Below are positions 10,505-20,449 of a stretch of 64,000 nucleotides of DNA, in pieces. The position numbers were made by a program, and so were the translations under genes. Below the pieces are notes generated by a model. That model searched no databases and was not told the DNA's origin. It was given only the letters and a program-made list of their open reading frames with translations. Location of the stretch: contig CBDEFO010000007.1 in assembly GCA_965237525.1 (NCBI GenBank), forward strand, positions 224,001 to 288,000. The letters are read 5' to 3'. The number at the start of each line of letters is the position of its first letter. The first letter of the stretch is position 1. The stretch comes from Candidatus Latescibacterota bacterium (lineage in GTDB: Bacteria > Latescibacterota > CBDEFO01).

Positions 10505-12112
10505 ATGACTAAAGCTAAGAAATTTCGCCAACTATTACAATCAAAGGACCTTGAATTCATTTGTGAGGTTCACAACGGAATGAGTGCCAAAATTGTTGAG
10601 GAGGCAGGTTTTAAAGCCATATGGGGAAGTGGCCTGACGATGTCCGCAGCAATAGGTGTTCGTGACAGTAATGAAGCCAGCTGGACACAGATTCTGGAAA
10701 TAGTTGAATTCATAAGTGATGCTACGTCGATACCCCTGTTACTAGATGCCGATACGGGTTATGGGAACTTCAACAACGTACGCCGACTGGTAAGAAAGCT
10801 GGAACAACGAGACATTGCTGCTGTATGTATTGAAGATAAACTATTCCCCAAAAAGAACAGCTATATTCAAAGTGAACGCCAGCCTTTAGCCGATATCGAG
10901 GAGTTTTCCGGTAAAATTAAGGCAGCAAAAGATACCCAGAACAATCCGGATTTCTCCGTTATTGCACGTGTTGAAGCTTTCATTGCAGGTTGGGGACTCG
11001 GTGAAGCACTCAGACGTGCGGATGCTTACCATAAAGCAGGTGCAGATGTGATCTTGATTCACAGTAAACTTTCCAGGCCTGATGAGGTCCTGGCTTTTAA
11101 GAAAAAATGGGGTGACAGTTGTCCTGTTGTCATTGTACCCACTACATATTATACGACGCATACGGATGTCTTTCGCCAGGCCGGTTTTAGCGCAGTAATT
11201 TGGGCAATTATGATTTTGCGTAGTGCAATTAAGGCTATGAAAGAAACCGCAACTCAACTAAAGGAAGAAGAATCATTGGTCGATATTGAGGACGATATGG
11301 CATCGGTTGCAGAAGTGTTTCGGTTGCAGGACGCTGACGAACTCGAGATGGCCGAGAAGCTATATCTTCCAGAAGGTGGTGAGGATACTGATTGCGTAAT
11401 CTTGGCCGCTTCTCAAGGTGCTGAACTCGGTGTCTTAACTAAGGATAAGCCAAAAACTTTGCTTGAAATTTCTGGCAGGCCTCTCTTGTATAAACAGGTG
11501 GATATGCTCAATGAGATCGGAATTAAGGACATTACAGTGGTGCGCGGATTTCATAAGGAGAAGATCGATTCGTCCAATCTTCATTATGTCGATAACGATA
11601 ACTACGCCACGACTCAAGAGGTCTTTTCTCTCTTTAAAGGTATTCAAGGTATTGAGGGCAGAACGCTAATTTCATACGGGGATATTCTTTATAAAAAGTA
11701 TGTACCGACCCTCCTACTTGAAACGGAGGGAGATTTTGTACTGGCTGTCGATTCTGACTGGAAGTCCGGCTACAACAAAGATCGTTATACAGATTTTGTT
11801 TCATGTGACTGTCCAGATCAAAAAGAGCTATTTGATCAAAAGGTAATTTTGACTGGTGCGGGTAGCTCTATGCAGGAAGAGAATATTTGTGGTGAGTGGA
11901 TCGGTCTGTTCAAACTATCAGAATATGGTCTATCAGTTCTACAGGAACTTTTAGGTGGTTTGTTTAGGGATAATAGAGTTCATCAGTTGCGAATGACTGA
12001 GTTATTCAACGAACTCATTTCTAGAGATCACGAAATTCGGGTTGTGTATATTCGTGGTCATTGGCTAGATGTAGATGACATTATAGATATCAGTAACGCA
12101 AGCAGGTTTTAA
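10505..12112 (+). CDS. pepM: Phosphoenolpyruvate mutase fused to a C-terminal cytidylyltransferase (PntC-like) domain
   Basis: PepM signature EDKxxxxxNS ([10 protein letters not shown]), [21 protein letters not shown]-terminal [29 protein letters not shown]. Confidence 0.95.
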   Translation: MTKAKKFRQLLQSKDLEFICEVHNGMSAKIVEEAGFKAIWGSGLTMSAAIGVRDSNEASWTQILEIVEFISDATSIPLLLDADTGYGNFNNVRRLVRKLEQRDIAAVCIEDKLFPKKNSYIQSERQPLADIEEFSGKIKAAKDTQNNPDFSVIARVEAFIAGWGLGEALRRADAYHKAGADVILIHSKLSRPDEVLAFKKKWGDSCPVVIVPTTYYTTHTDVFRQAGFSAVIWAIMILRSAIKAMKETATQLKEEESLVDIEDDMASVAEVFRLQDADELEMAEKLYLPEGGEDTDCVILAASQGAELGVLTKDKPKTLLEISGRPLLYKQVDMLNEIGIKDITVVRGFHKEKIDSSNLHYVDNDNYATTQEVFSLFKGIQGIEGRTLISYGDILYKKYVPTLLLETEGDFVLAVDSDWKSGYNKDRYTDFVSCDCPDQKELFDQKVILTGAGSSMQEENICGEWIGLFKLSEYGLSVLQELLGGLFRDNRVHQLRMTELFNELISRDHEIRVVYIRGHWLDVDDIIDISNASRF

Positions 12113-12129
12113 TAAGATTTGCAGGAATA

Positions 12130-13299
12130 ATGATCCAAGCGGAAGAATTTATAAAGCCAGCTTTGGCGAAAGGCTATAGTTTTTGGACGGGTGTCCCGTG
12201 TTCTTTCTTGACACCCTTCATTAACTATGTAATCCAAAGCTCCGAATTGACTTATGTTGGGAGCAGCAGTGAGGGTGAGGCAGTTGGCATTGCCATAGGT
12301 GCTCACTTGGCGGGACAAAAGACAGTAGTAATTTGTCAGAACTCAGGACTCGGCAATATGGTCAATCCGTTGACCAGTCTGAACTATCCATTTCGCATCC
12401 CAACTTTTCTGATAGTCACTCATCGCGGCGCGTCTGGACTAGAGGACGAACCCCAACACGCCCTTATGGGTTTAATCACCGCGGATATTTTAACTACTTT
12501 GCGAATTCCATGGAAAGTATTCCGTGGTCAAGCCGAAGATATCGAGGGTGTAATCGATGAGGCAGATGAGTACATGACTACGAAAGGCCTTCCATACGCT
12601 TTGATCATGGAAAAGGGAACGGTTGCACCCTATCCGCTCAATGAAAAGATGACTTATAGACCATTTTTAGGAGTTGAACCCAAGGGAGAGTTTATTGTTG
12701 CAGATGATAAAAGGATGCCGCGACGCGATGCGATTAAGATCATCAAAAGTCTTCTTGTTAATGGTGAATTAATGGTTGCTACGACGGGCAAGGTAGGGAG
12801 AGAGTTGTTTGCCCTGGGGCATAGTCCCAATCAGATTTATGTTGTTGGTGGTATGGGATGTGCCTCCGCCATTGGGTTGGGTCTGGGCTTGTGTCAAAAA
12901 GAGCGCAAAGTTGTTGTCCTAGATGGGGACGGCGCAGCTCTGATGAAAATGGGGGTGTTCGCCTCGATAGGCCACTATCATCCGGAAAACTTATTTCATA
13001 TCATTTTGGATAATGAAGCTCACGAGTCTACAGGTGGACAATCAACGGTTTCTGGAAGCATTGATTTTGCTCAAGTCGCATCGGCTTGTACTTACAATGC
13101 GATATTTCGTTGTGACACCGAGGCTGCTTTGAAGGAAATGGTAAAGATTGCTCTTGATATAGAAGGGCCAGCCATGATGCATGTCAAAGTTGCAGTAGGT
13201 TCCGATCCAAATTTGGGGCGTCCGACTTTGACGCCAGTTCAAGTAAAAGAGCAATTAATGAGGCATATTGGTCAATGGTCAAAATTAACAAAGCCGTAA
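12130..13299 (+). CDS. ppd: Phosphonopyruvate decarboxylase
   Basis: TGVPCSFL, QNSGLGNMVNPLTSL, DEPQH, TTGKVGREL, DGDGAALM, NEAHESTGGQ. Confidence 0.95.
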   Translation: MIQAEEFIKPALAKGYSFWTGVPCSFLTPFINYVIQSSELTYVGSSSEGEAVGIAIGAHLAGQKTVVICQNSGLGNMVNPLTSLNYPFRIPTFLIVTHRGASGLEDEPQHALMGLITADILTTLRIPWKVFRGQAEDIEGVIDEADEYMTTKGLPYALIMEKGTVAPYPLNEKMTYRPFLGVEPKGEFIVADDKRMPRRDAIKIIKSLLVNGELMVATTGKVGRELFALGHSPNQIYVVGGMGCASAIGLGLGLCQKERKVVVLDGDGAALMKMGVFASIGHYHPENLFHIILDNEAHESTGGQSTVSGSIDFAQVASACTYNAIFRCDTEAALKEMVKIALDIEGPAMMHVKVAVGSDPNLGRPTLTPVQVKEQLMRHIGQWSKLTKP

Positions 13300-14000
13300 T
13301 TGTTGCAGCAGGCACGTCATCACGACTCTACCCATTAAGCCTAAACCTACCCAAGGGCTTACTGGAAATTGCAGGCAAGACGATATTGGGGCGGTCTGTG
13401 CGGCTATTGTCTGAAAATGGTATCAAAGAGATCTTGATCGTCGTAGGGTTCCAGAGGGATATGATCCAAAAGGCTTTGGAACCATTCGCAGCGGACGTTC
13501 CGCGTATCCACTACCAATTTAATCCGTTTTTTGCTGAAACGAACAATATGGGTTCATTATGGTTTGCTAAAGAATGGATAAAAGGAGATTCATTCCTCTA
13601 TCTTTATGGTGACCTTGTTTACGATCCTGAATTGCTGCGTTCATTCATGAGTGGAACTTATGCAGACGCGGCATTGTCAGTAGATTGTGGGTCCACTGAT
13701 GAGGAAGCGATGAAGGTTCGAGTTAAAGATGGACGTTTTATTGAATCGAGTAAGGATATCCCGCTCAATGAAGCATTCGGGGAATGGATAGGAATAGCCA
13801 TATTTAATCGTCCACGTGTATTATTTAATAAGGTAGAAATTCTTTTAGAGCAAAAACACTTCCAAGCTTACGACACATTGGCTTTTACGGAGATGGCTCA
13901 TGAAGGGAACTGTTTTTCCGTAATTCCAACCAATGGGGGTTCTTGGGTCGAAATAGACTTTAGGTCAGACCTGGATCGAGCGAGGAATCTATTTCCATGA
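13275..14000 (+). CDS. LicC/PntC-family (phosphocholine/phosphonate) cytidylyltransferase
   Basis: AVIVAAGTSSRL..PKGLL, NPFFAETNN, YGDLVY, EEAMKV, GEWIGI, WVEIDF. Confidence 0.85.
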   Translation: MVKINKAVIVAAGTSSRLYPLSLNLPKGLLEIAGKTILGRSVRLLSENGIKEILIVVGFQRDMIQKALEPFAADVPRIHYQFNPFFAETNNMGSLWFAKEWIKGDSFLYLYGDLVYDPELLRSFMSGTYADAALSVDCGSTDEEAMKVRVKDGRFIESSKDIPLNEAFGEWIGIAIFNRPRVLFNKVEILLEQKHFQAYDTLAFTEMAHEGNCFSVIPTNGGSWVEIDFRSDLDRARNLFP

Positions 14001-15145
14001 TCCAAAGCTACTCAAATCCTGTAAAGATAAAACTTGGGCGTGGTTCATTAAGGGAACTTCCAAAACTTTTGGCAAATCGAACTGCCCTTCTGGTAACAAC
14101 ACCAGGCATGGTAAAAAGAGGTGTTGTTACCAGAGTACAGGAGTTGTGTCGAGCGAAGCCTTTGCACGTTACTGCCGAAGTTACACCTAATCCGACAATT
14201 GCCTCGATCAATAGATGCTTTCGTCAGGTGAAAAACTATAATTATGATGTAATAATTGGCTTGGGTGGAGGAAGCGTACTAGATACAGCAAAGGGAGTTG
14301 CCTCACTCTCCGGCGGTTCTGTGGATCAGAACTGGCTTGATGCCCATTTACGCCATGATAGGGAGAAGCCCAAAGTTCTCAGATCAAACCCGATTATAGC
14401 TATACCAACGACCTCCGGAACCGGTTCAGAAGTGACACAATGGGCAAGTGTCTGGGATGATGTATCAGGGACCAAATATTCACTTTCTGATGAAGGGTTA
14501 TACCCGGAATGGGCCTTGCTTGACTCAGAGTTAACGGATTTATTGCCTTATGAAACTACGCTCTTTACTGCTCTTGATGCATTATCTCAGGCTATGGAAG
14601 CAATTTGGAACAAAAATGCCAATCCAGTTTCTGACGTGTTGGCTACAAAAGCAATTGCTATTTCTATATCTGTTTTGGCTGATGATTTTAAGGAGAAATA
14701 TGCTCGTCAAGAGGTGCGCGAAAAGCTACAACAAGCAAGCCTGTTAACAGGATTAGCCTTTAGCAATACTAAAACTGCCTTGGCACATTCGATCTCTTAT
14801 CCACTTACATCTAAGCTAAAAATACCCCATGGCCTAGCCTGTAGCTTTACTCTACCTCAAATTATGCGAATTAATTACAAACAAGATAAGGAAAGAGTAG
14901 GAATTATTATTCAAGCCCTTGGGTGTTCTTTACTGGATGCAGCAGTAGAAGCACTATACAGAGTATTTGTGAATTTAGGCATAACGGAATATCTTCGGCA
15001 GTTTATTGTACATACATCTGACATGACTACATTAGATGCTGAGTTTATAGCACCAGGACGGGCAGAGAACAACATTACTTATGTCTCACAAAGTGATGCT
15101 ATAGAGATTTTGCGATCAGCATTATCACGCTTAGCAATCAATTGA
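13997..15145 (+). CDS. Group III Fe-dependent alcohol dehydrogenase, probable phosphonoacetaldehyde reductase
   Basis: GGGSVLDTAK, PTTSGTGSEVTQWASVWD, AFSNTKTALAHSISY, IPHGLAC; translationally coupled (ATGA) inside the pepM-ppd operon. Confidence 0.85.
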   Translation: MIQSYSNPVKIKLGRGSLRELPKLLANRTALLVTTPGMVKRGVVTRVQELCRAKPLHVTAEVTPNPTIASINRCFRQVKNYNYDVIIGLGGGSVLDTAKGVASLSGGSVDQNWLDAHLRHDREKPKVLRSNPIIAIPTTSGTGSEVTQWASVWDDVSGTKYSLSDEGLYPEWALLDSELTDLLPYETTLFTALDALSQAMEAIWNKNANPVSDVLATKAIAISISVLADDFKEKYARQEVREKLQQASLLTGLAFSNTKTALAHSISYPLTSKLKIPHGLACSFTLPQIMRINYKQDKERVGIIIQALGCSLLDAAVEALYRVFVNLGITEYLRQFIVHTSDMTTLDAEFIAPGRAENNITYVSQSDAIEILRSALSRLAIN

Positions 15146-15215
15146 AATATTCCTGATGAAATAGGAATAGGCAATTGCACAAAGAAATCCCAGCCTAAGT
15201 GGGGCATTGAAATAG

Positions 15216-16676
15216 ATGGATGAAAGGAGAAACGAAGTCCAGGCTGTGCTTAAGGACTTATATTACGCATTGATAATTGTGAGCCTCTTTTTCGGCCGCC
15301 ACTTCCTAATTGTTAACACGCCGACTAATGCGTTCTACAATGCCCAGACCTTGAAGGAATTTGTTCTTGTTTGTGTCTGCTTTTTCTAGATTGCCGTAAT
15401 CATATCTTTCGTCTTTTCGGCGGCAAGAAGGTTTCTCACAAAGCACTACAGGGAAGATCGTGTTTACTACTTTATATATATCGATACTTCCCTTGTTAGA
15501 TTTTATCGTTTTAATGGTTTTGCCGTATGATGGAGCAAAGTTTATAAATCGTGAATTTACAGGTTTCATATTTCCTTACTTTGCACTTTTCTATATTCCG
15601 GCAACTATTCTAATTTCTTTCAAATATCAAATAGAAAAATATGGAGAGAAAATTATCCGAATAGTTCCAGTTGTTTGTATAGTGATTATATATCATGCGA
15701 TACCTCGGTCATTTAGTAAAAATATCATAGAGAATGAGTTTATTCATTCAGACAAACCTTCTACGCCGATACATTTGCTAATTTTCGATGGGATGTCCCC
15801 TGAGGTTCTCAATGACCCAGATCTAAAGCATCTATTTCCAAATATCAGCTCATTCTTACGTAATAACAGCTTTGTTTTTGAGGATGCATATTCGCCAGGG
15901 GCATGGACAATAAGATCGATACCTAAGTTAATAACAGGTCTACAATATGATGGTCGATATAGCTAGAGGATTTACTCTATCTTATTGCCGAATCGGAAGA
16001 TGACGATTACGAGGATCTGCCAGTAAAAGGTTCACTATTTCAAATCTCAGAGTCATATGGGTACAACAATATTCTGATCGGGGGTTATTTGCCGTATTGC
16101 GATTTATTTGGCAAAGATTTGACTTATGGAATACAGTATTCCAAATATTCAAGATTTTATCAATTGTTGCCTCGCCGATTTACTGATTTTCTCTATATAC
16201 AGTATCTCTACGAAAGAGATGTTTTTCTACAGTCCTTTGACCAATATTTGTTAAAGATCGATTCATGTCCAAAGAATACATTCTTTTTTATTCATTTTCT
16301 CATTCCGCACCAACCTTTAATTTTTGATTCTCAGGGATTTGCACAGATTTATTGGGAAAGAACTCATAGAGGAGAAGGATGGTGTACACCGAAGTTTAGA
16401 GAGAGATATGTGGAGCAGCTCATGTTTGTTGACAAGAAAGTAGGAGAAATACTTGGAAAACTGAAAGCTCACAACCTGTATGACAAGAGCATGATTATTA
16501 TTACTTCAGACCATAACTATCTAGAATATGATAGGCTAAGAATACCTTTATTCATCAAGGTTCCTTTTCAAGAAAGTCAACATGTCGTTAGAGAGAAAGT
16601 CCATATCGTAAATTTTGGAAAGTTTCTATCTTCACTTCTTGAATCAAACGTGGTTCATATACAGAGGTTGCAATAG
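15216..16676 (+). pseudogene. Membrane sulfatase-fold protein with a stop and frameshifts
   Basis: ATG at 15216, TAG near 15387, frame changes near 15450 and 15962. Motifs IHLLIFDG, SPGAWTIRSIP, FFFIHFLIPHQP, IIITSDH. Paralogue of 1-706. Confidence 0.75.
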
Positions 16677-16746
16677 AAGAGTATCTTTTCAAAGTAGCAA
16701 GGATTTGGCTGAGTCCGCAAATTTCAACCAAAAATAGGGCTTGCCC

Positions 16747-17665
16747 AATACTAAGCCCTATCTGTGCTTTTCCCTTTTTCAGGAGGACTCTTCTTTCGAG
16801 ACTGGATAGGGCCTTTTTGAGGATATTGACAGAGGTTTTGATAAGACGAGCGATAAGCGACATTGAGGATAAATCTTCGATCCTCTTCTGTGCAAGTCAT
16901 CCTTTTGCCGCCGATTACGTAGAGAAATTCAACGAAGCGATGATTTGCTACGACTGCACCGAAAAGTTTACTGAGTTCGACTTTTGGGTGACCCTTAGAA
17001 AAGAAGTCGAAGAAAAGGACAGTCTTCTGACTCAAAGAGCCCATCAGATCTTTACACAGACCCAACCTCATCTTGTTGAGAAGAGGTCCGATAATCCTAA
17101 TGTATTTTTGATCCCCAACGCCGTTGACTACGATCTTTTCCAAAACTGCCTGGATATGCCAGAGCCATCAGACTTGAAGGGCATCAAGAGACCTATCTTG
17201 GGCTATGTAGGTAGCATCAACTCCCGTTTCGACTTTGAGCTTATAAGAAAGACAGCACAAGTCTATAAAGATTGGTCGCTCGTCTTCATAGGTGATGCCA
17301 GCGACAGTTCGGTAATAAAGTCAGTAGAGGACTTAAGAAATGTTTACTTTTTGGGGGAAAAGCTTTATAATATAGTACCGAGCTATCTGAAGGAGTTTAG
17401 TGTCTGTCTGATGCCCTATATTAACCTTACTTGTTTGGAGAGCCCGACAAAGCTTTTCGATTATCTTGCTTCTGGAAAGCCTGTCGTCTCGACGGATATA
17501 CCGGGCGTTAGGGACTTTGCAGATGTCGTATTCGTATCTAAAACCGAAGATGAGTTTATAACAAACATAGGCTTAGCCGCAGGTGATAATAATCCTTTGT
17601 CAGTCCTGAAGCGAAAAGAGCGCGCAAGAGAAAATTCGTGGGATGTCAGGGAAAACCAGATATAG
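16747..17665 (+). pseudogene. 5'-truncated duplicate of the 5194-6399 glycosyltransferase
   Basis: Similarity to 5445 onward starts abruptly at 16747 (AATACTAAGCCC). TAG at 17663-17665 replaces the TGG of copy 1. Confidence 0.8.
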
Positions 17666-17715
17666 GACATTATTAAAAAGGAGTTATCTTCAGCACTTTA
17701 CAAGGAGATGACAGG

Positions 17716-18855
17716 GTGTCAAGTTACAGCGTAGTAATGTTTGTTAGCAGCCTATCATCTATAACGACTGGCAGCATGAGATATTCTGTTGAGGTGTATA
17801 AATATCTGAAGCGGAGCGCAGTATCCGTAAGCGTAATCAATTTAGAGGAAATGCCGATCCTCATTAAAAGATGTCCCCTCTTCTTGAACTTGATCCTTAC
17901 CAACTTCTGGTTTATCCGGAGACTCCTGTCGCTGAGATTAGACAGAAACAGCAACGTCATCCTCTTTGAGGATTACCATTTTCATCCGAGGCTCTTTCTG
18001 TTTAATCTTCTTGTAAAGACTTACTTCAAGAAGGCAAGTGTCCTATCTACTGCGCACCATTTGTCCCTATCCCATCATCCTGCTTTGCGATCCAATACAG
18101 CTAAAAAGATAGATGAGTTTATTATCAGGATATTCTTCAAACAATCAGATAAGATATTGGTCAACAGCGATAACACGAAAAACGAAGTGCTGTCGCTCGG
18201 GATTGAGCCGTCTAAGGTTGAGAAGATTTATATCTCTCACGAGGATATGTTCTTAGGGTACGTCAGCCAGAAGCCCGAATGCTCACAGGATGGGAGGCTG
18301 AACCTTCTCTTTGTGGGAAGGTGCCACGCTGATAAGGGGCTCGAATATCTGTTGGAGGCAATTGGGCTGCTCGGAGACGATATTGTGTTGAATATCGTGG
18401 GCGACACCTGTCACGATCCGGAATACTACAAGAAACTAGTTGAGATCGTACGAAAACTCAAAATAGAGGAGAAAATCTTTTTCCACGGATATATCGATAA
18501 GGAGGAACTGAAGCAATTCTGCCAAGGGGCTGACATCTTTGTCCTGCCGTCAGTTGTCGAAGGATTCGGAGCTGTTCTTCTGGAAGTGATGTCTGCCGGT
18601 CTTCCCATAGTCGCTTCAAACGTGGGAGGTATTCCGGAGCTGATTAAAGACGGATACAACGGTGTTCTTGTGCCTCCGAAAGAGGGGTCCTCTCTGGCGA
18701 ACGCTATAAATTCTCTGATACGTTCTCCTTCTTTGAGAAAGCAGTATGGTATGAATGGATACGAATACTTCCGGAACTTTCGGGATCTTCATTCCTGGGA
18801 TAGCACCTGCAAGAAAATACACGACATTCTCAGCACAATGGCTGATGCTGCCTAA
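17716..18855 (+). CDS. GT4 glycosyltransferase
   Basis: FVGRCHADKG, FVLPSVVEGFGAVLLEVMSAGLP. Confidence 0.9.
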   Translation: MSSYSVVMFVSSLSSITTGSMRYSVEVYKYLKRSAVSVSVINLEEMPILIKRCPLFLNLILTNFWFIRRLLSLRLDRNSNVILFEDYHFHPRLFLFNLLVKTYFKKASVLSTAHHLSLSHHPALRSNTAKKIDEFIIRIFFKQSDKILVNSDNTKNEVLSLGIEPSKVEKIYISHEDMFLGYVSQKPECSQDGRLNLLFVGRCHADKGLEYLLEAIGLLGDDIVLNIVGDTCHDPEYYKKLVEIVRKLKIEEKIFFHGYIDKEELKQFCQGADIFVLPSVVEGFGAVLLEVMSAGLPIVASNVGGIPELIKDGYNGVLVPPKEGSSLANAINSLIRSPSLRKQYGMNGYEYFRNFRDLHSWDSTCKKIHDILSTMADAA

Positions 18856-18924
18856 ATGAGCGTAGACATAGCAAATGATCCTTGAGATAGATAAGTGTGA
18901 AATGTTAGATAGGAGGGACTCCTG

Positions 18925-19746
18925 ATGGAAGAGGACGGGATTCCCGCTTCATTTTATGATTCAGATTATTATTCTAACATGGCTGGTGGGGGATACAGGT
19001 TCTTTTTGGAAACTAAAGGGCAAGGTATAACCACAGAAAGATTGTATTACATCGAACTGGCCCAACTTGAGCCTGGAATGAAGATACTAGATTTAGGCTG
19101 TGGCAGGGCTGAAATTCCAATATATTGTGCACTTCAAAAATCGGTCGATGCCTGGGGAATAGATTATTCTGAAACTGCTATTGAACTTGCAAATAAGGGT
19201 AAAGAAATAATAGATCCTTCTGTGAAAGAGCGAACGCACCTGATCTGTGATGATGCAACGAATCTTGATCGTTTCGATGATTGCACTTTTGACAGGATAT
19301 TCAGTCTCTCTGTGATAGAGCACTTAATGGACCACCAGATTCAAAATCAATTCTCCGGGGCATGTAGGATTCTGAAGGACGATGGAATTTTTATCGTGGG
19401 TACACATCTCAATCTAATCTATCTGAAATACGGTTATCTCTTCACCAGATTATTCAAGAAGGTGATGGGGAGGGATGTTCCTAAAGACTCTATAGAAGAG
19501 GCCAAAAAAGGGGGCGATATCAATCCTCCGAGTCGAGCAACTATCGAGAGATCTTTTGTAGAGGCCGGATTCGTGTGCAAGGCGTGGTATAAACCTCGCG
19601 GTGGTTCGGAGAGTATACCTAACAGCGTATATAGGATAGGGAGAATCCTGGAAGCAATCCCCCTTGTGAGAGATGTATTCGCAACTATGATTGTAGCTGT
19701 GGGTGCAAAGGATAGAACGGTATTGAGGAGATTCTGTAGTAGTTAG
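18925..19746 (+). CDS. Class I SAM-dependent methyltransferase
   Basis: ILDLGCGRAE, GIDYS, FDRIFSLSVIEHL; RBS GGAGG. Confidence 0.85.
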   Translation: MEEDGIPASFYDSDYYSNMAGGGYRFFLETKGQGITTERLYYIELAQLEPGMKILDLGCGRAEIPIYCALQKSVDAWGIDYSETAIELANKGKEIIDPSVKERTHLICDDATNLDRFDDCTFDRIFSLSVIEHLMDHQIQNQFSGACRILKDDGIFIVGTHLNLIYLKYGYLFTRLFKKVMGRDVPKDSIEEAKKGGDINPPSRATIERSFVEAGFVCKAWYKPRGGSESIPNSVYRIGRILEAIPLVRDVFATMIVAVGAKDRTVLRRFCSS

Positions 19747-20449
19747 CATTTTGGCTAATGCGGCTTAAAATGAAGGGCGGACACAGGAATTGATTCTTGA
19801 GCAGATGGAGACAAACTGAGTTTAAAAAGCTATTTGCTTTTTTCCTGTTAGCATTGACTATAAGATTATCTGTATTTCTGCTTTCGAGTGATATGGTAGC
19901 CCCTATTTCTAGGTATGATGACTCAGTTGCGTATCTCCGTATCGCGATTAACTTAGTTTCCAGGTTTGAGTATAGTGCTATACCATCAATTAGGCAAAAC
20001 GATATATGGTTTCCGAAGTCTCATATACCACCATTATATCCATTGTTCTTAGCAGTCGTCTATTGTTTTGCCGGTCAAAATCTAATTATCTTTAAACTAA
20101 TTCAAATTGTTCTGGCATCGTTTCTGCCTGTTATTTCATATCTTATGACGTTGAGAATATTTGCAGATTCAAAAGCCGGTGTTATATGTGCTCTTTTAGT
20201 TTCAACTTATCCTCCTTTTGTTATTGATTGCAAAGCAATACTCACAGAATGGTTATTCACTCTTCTATTGTCCTGTAGTTTACTATTTTTATTAAGAATG
20301 TTAGATTTCTCTGATAAAAAAAACATCATGCTTTCAGGCATCTTTCTAGGTCTTGCTTTTCTGTGTAGACTAGATGCAATTGCTTTTATCCCGGTTTTGA
20401 TTGTCTATTTGTTCATTCTAGGCAAGTTCCTTTCTTTCCCTCGTATTAA

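Noticed and set aside
10505..15145. Phosphonate antibiotic (fosfomycin- or phosphinothricin-type) or methylphosphonate pathway
   Set aside because: No radical-SAM methyltransferase, HEPD/MpnS dioxygenase, NRPS or resistance gene in the window; the context is glycan biosynthesis.
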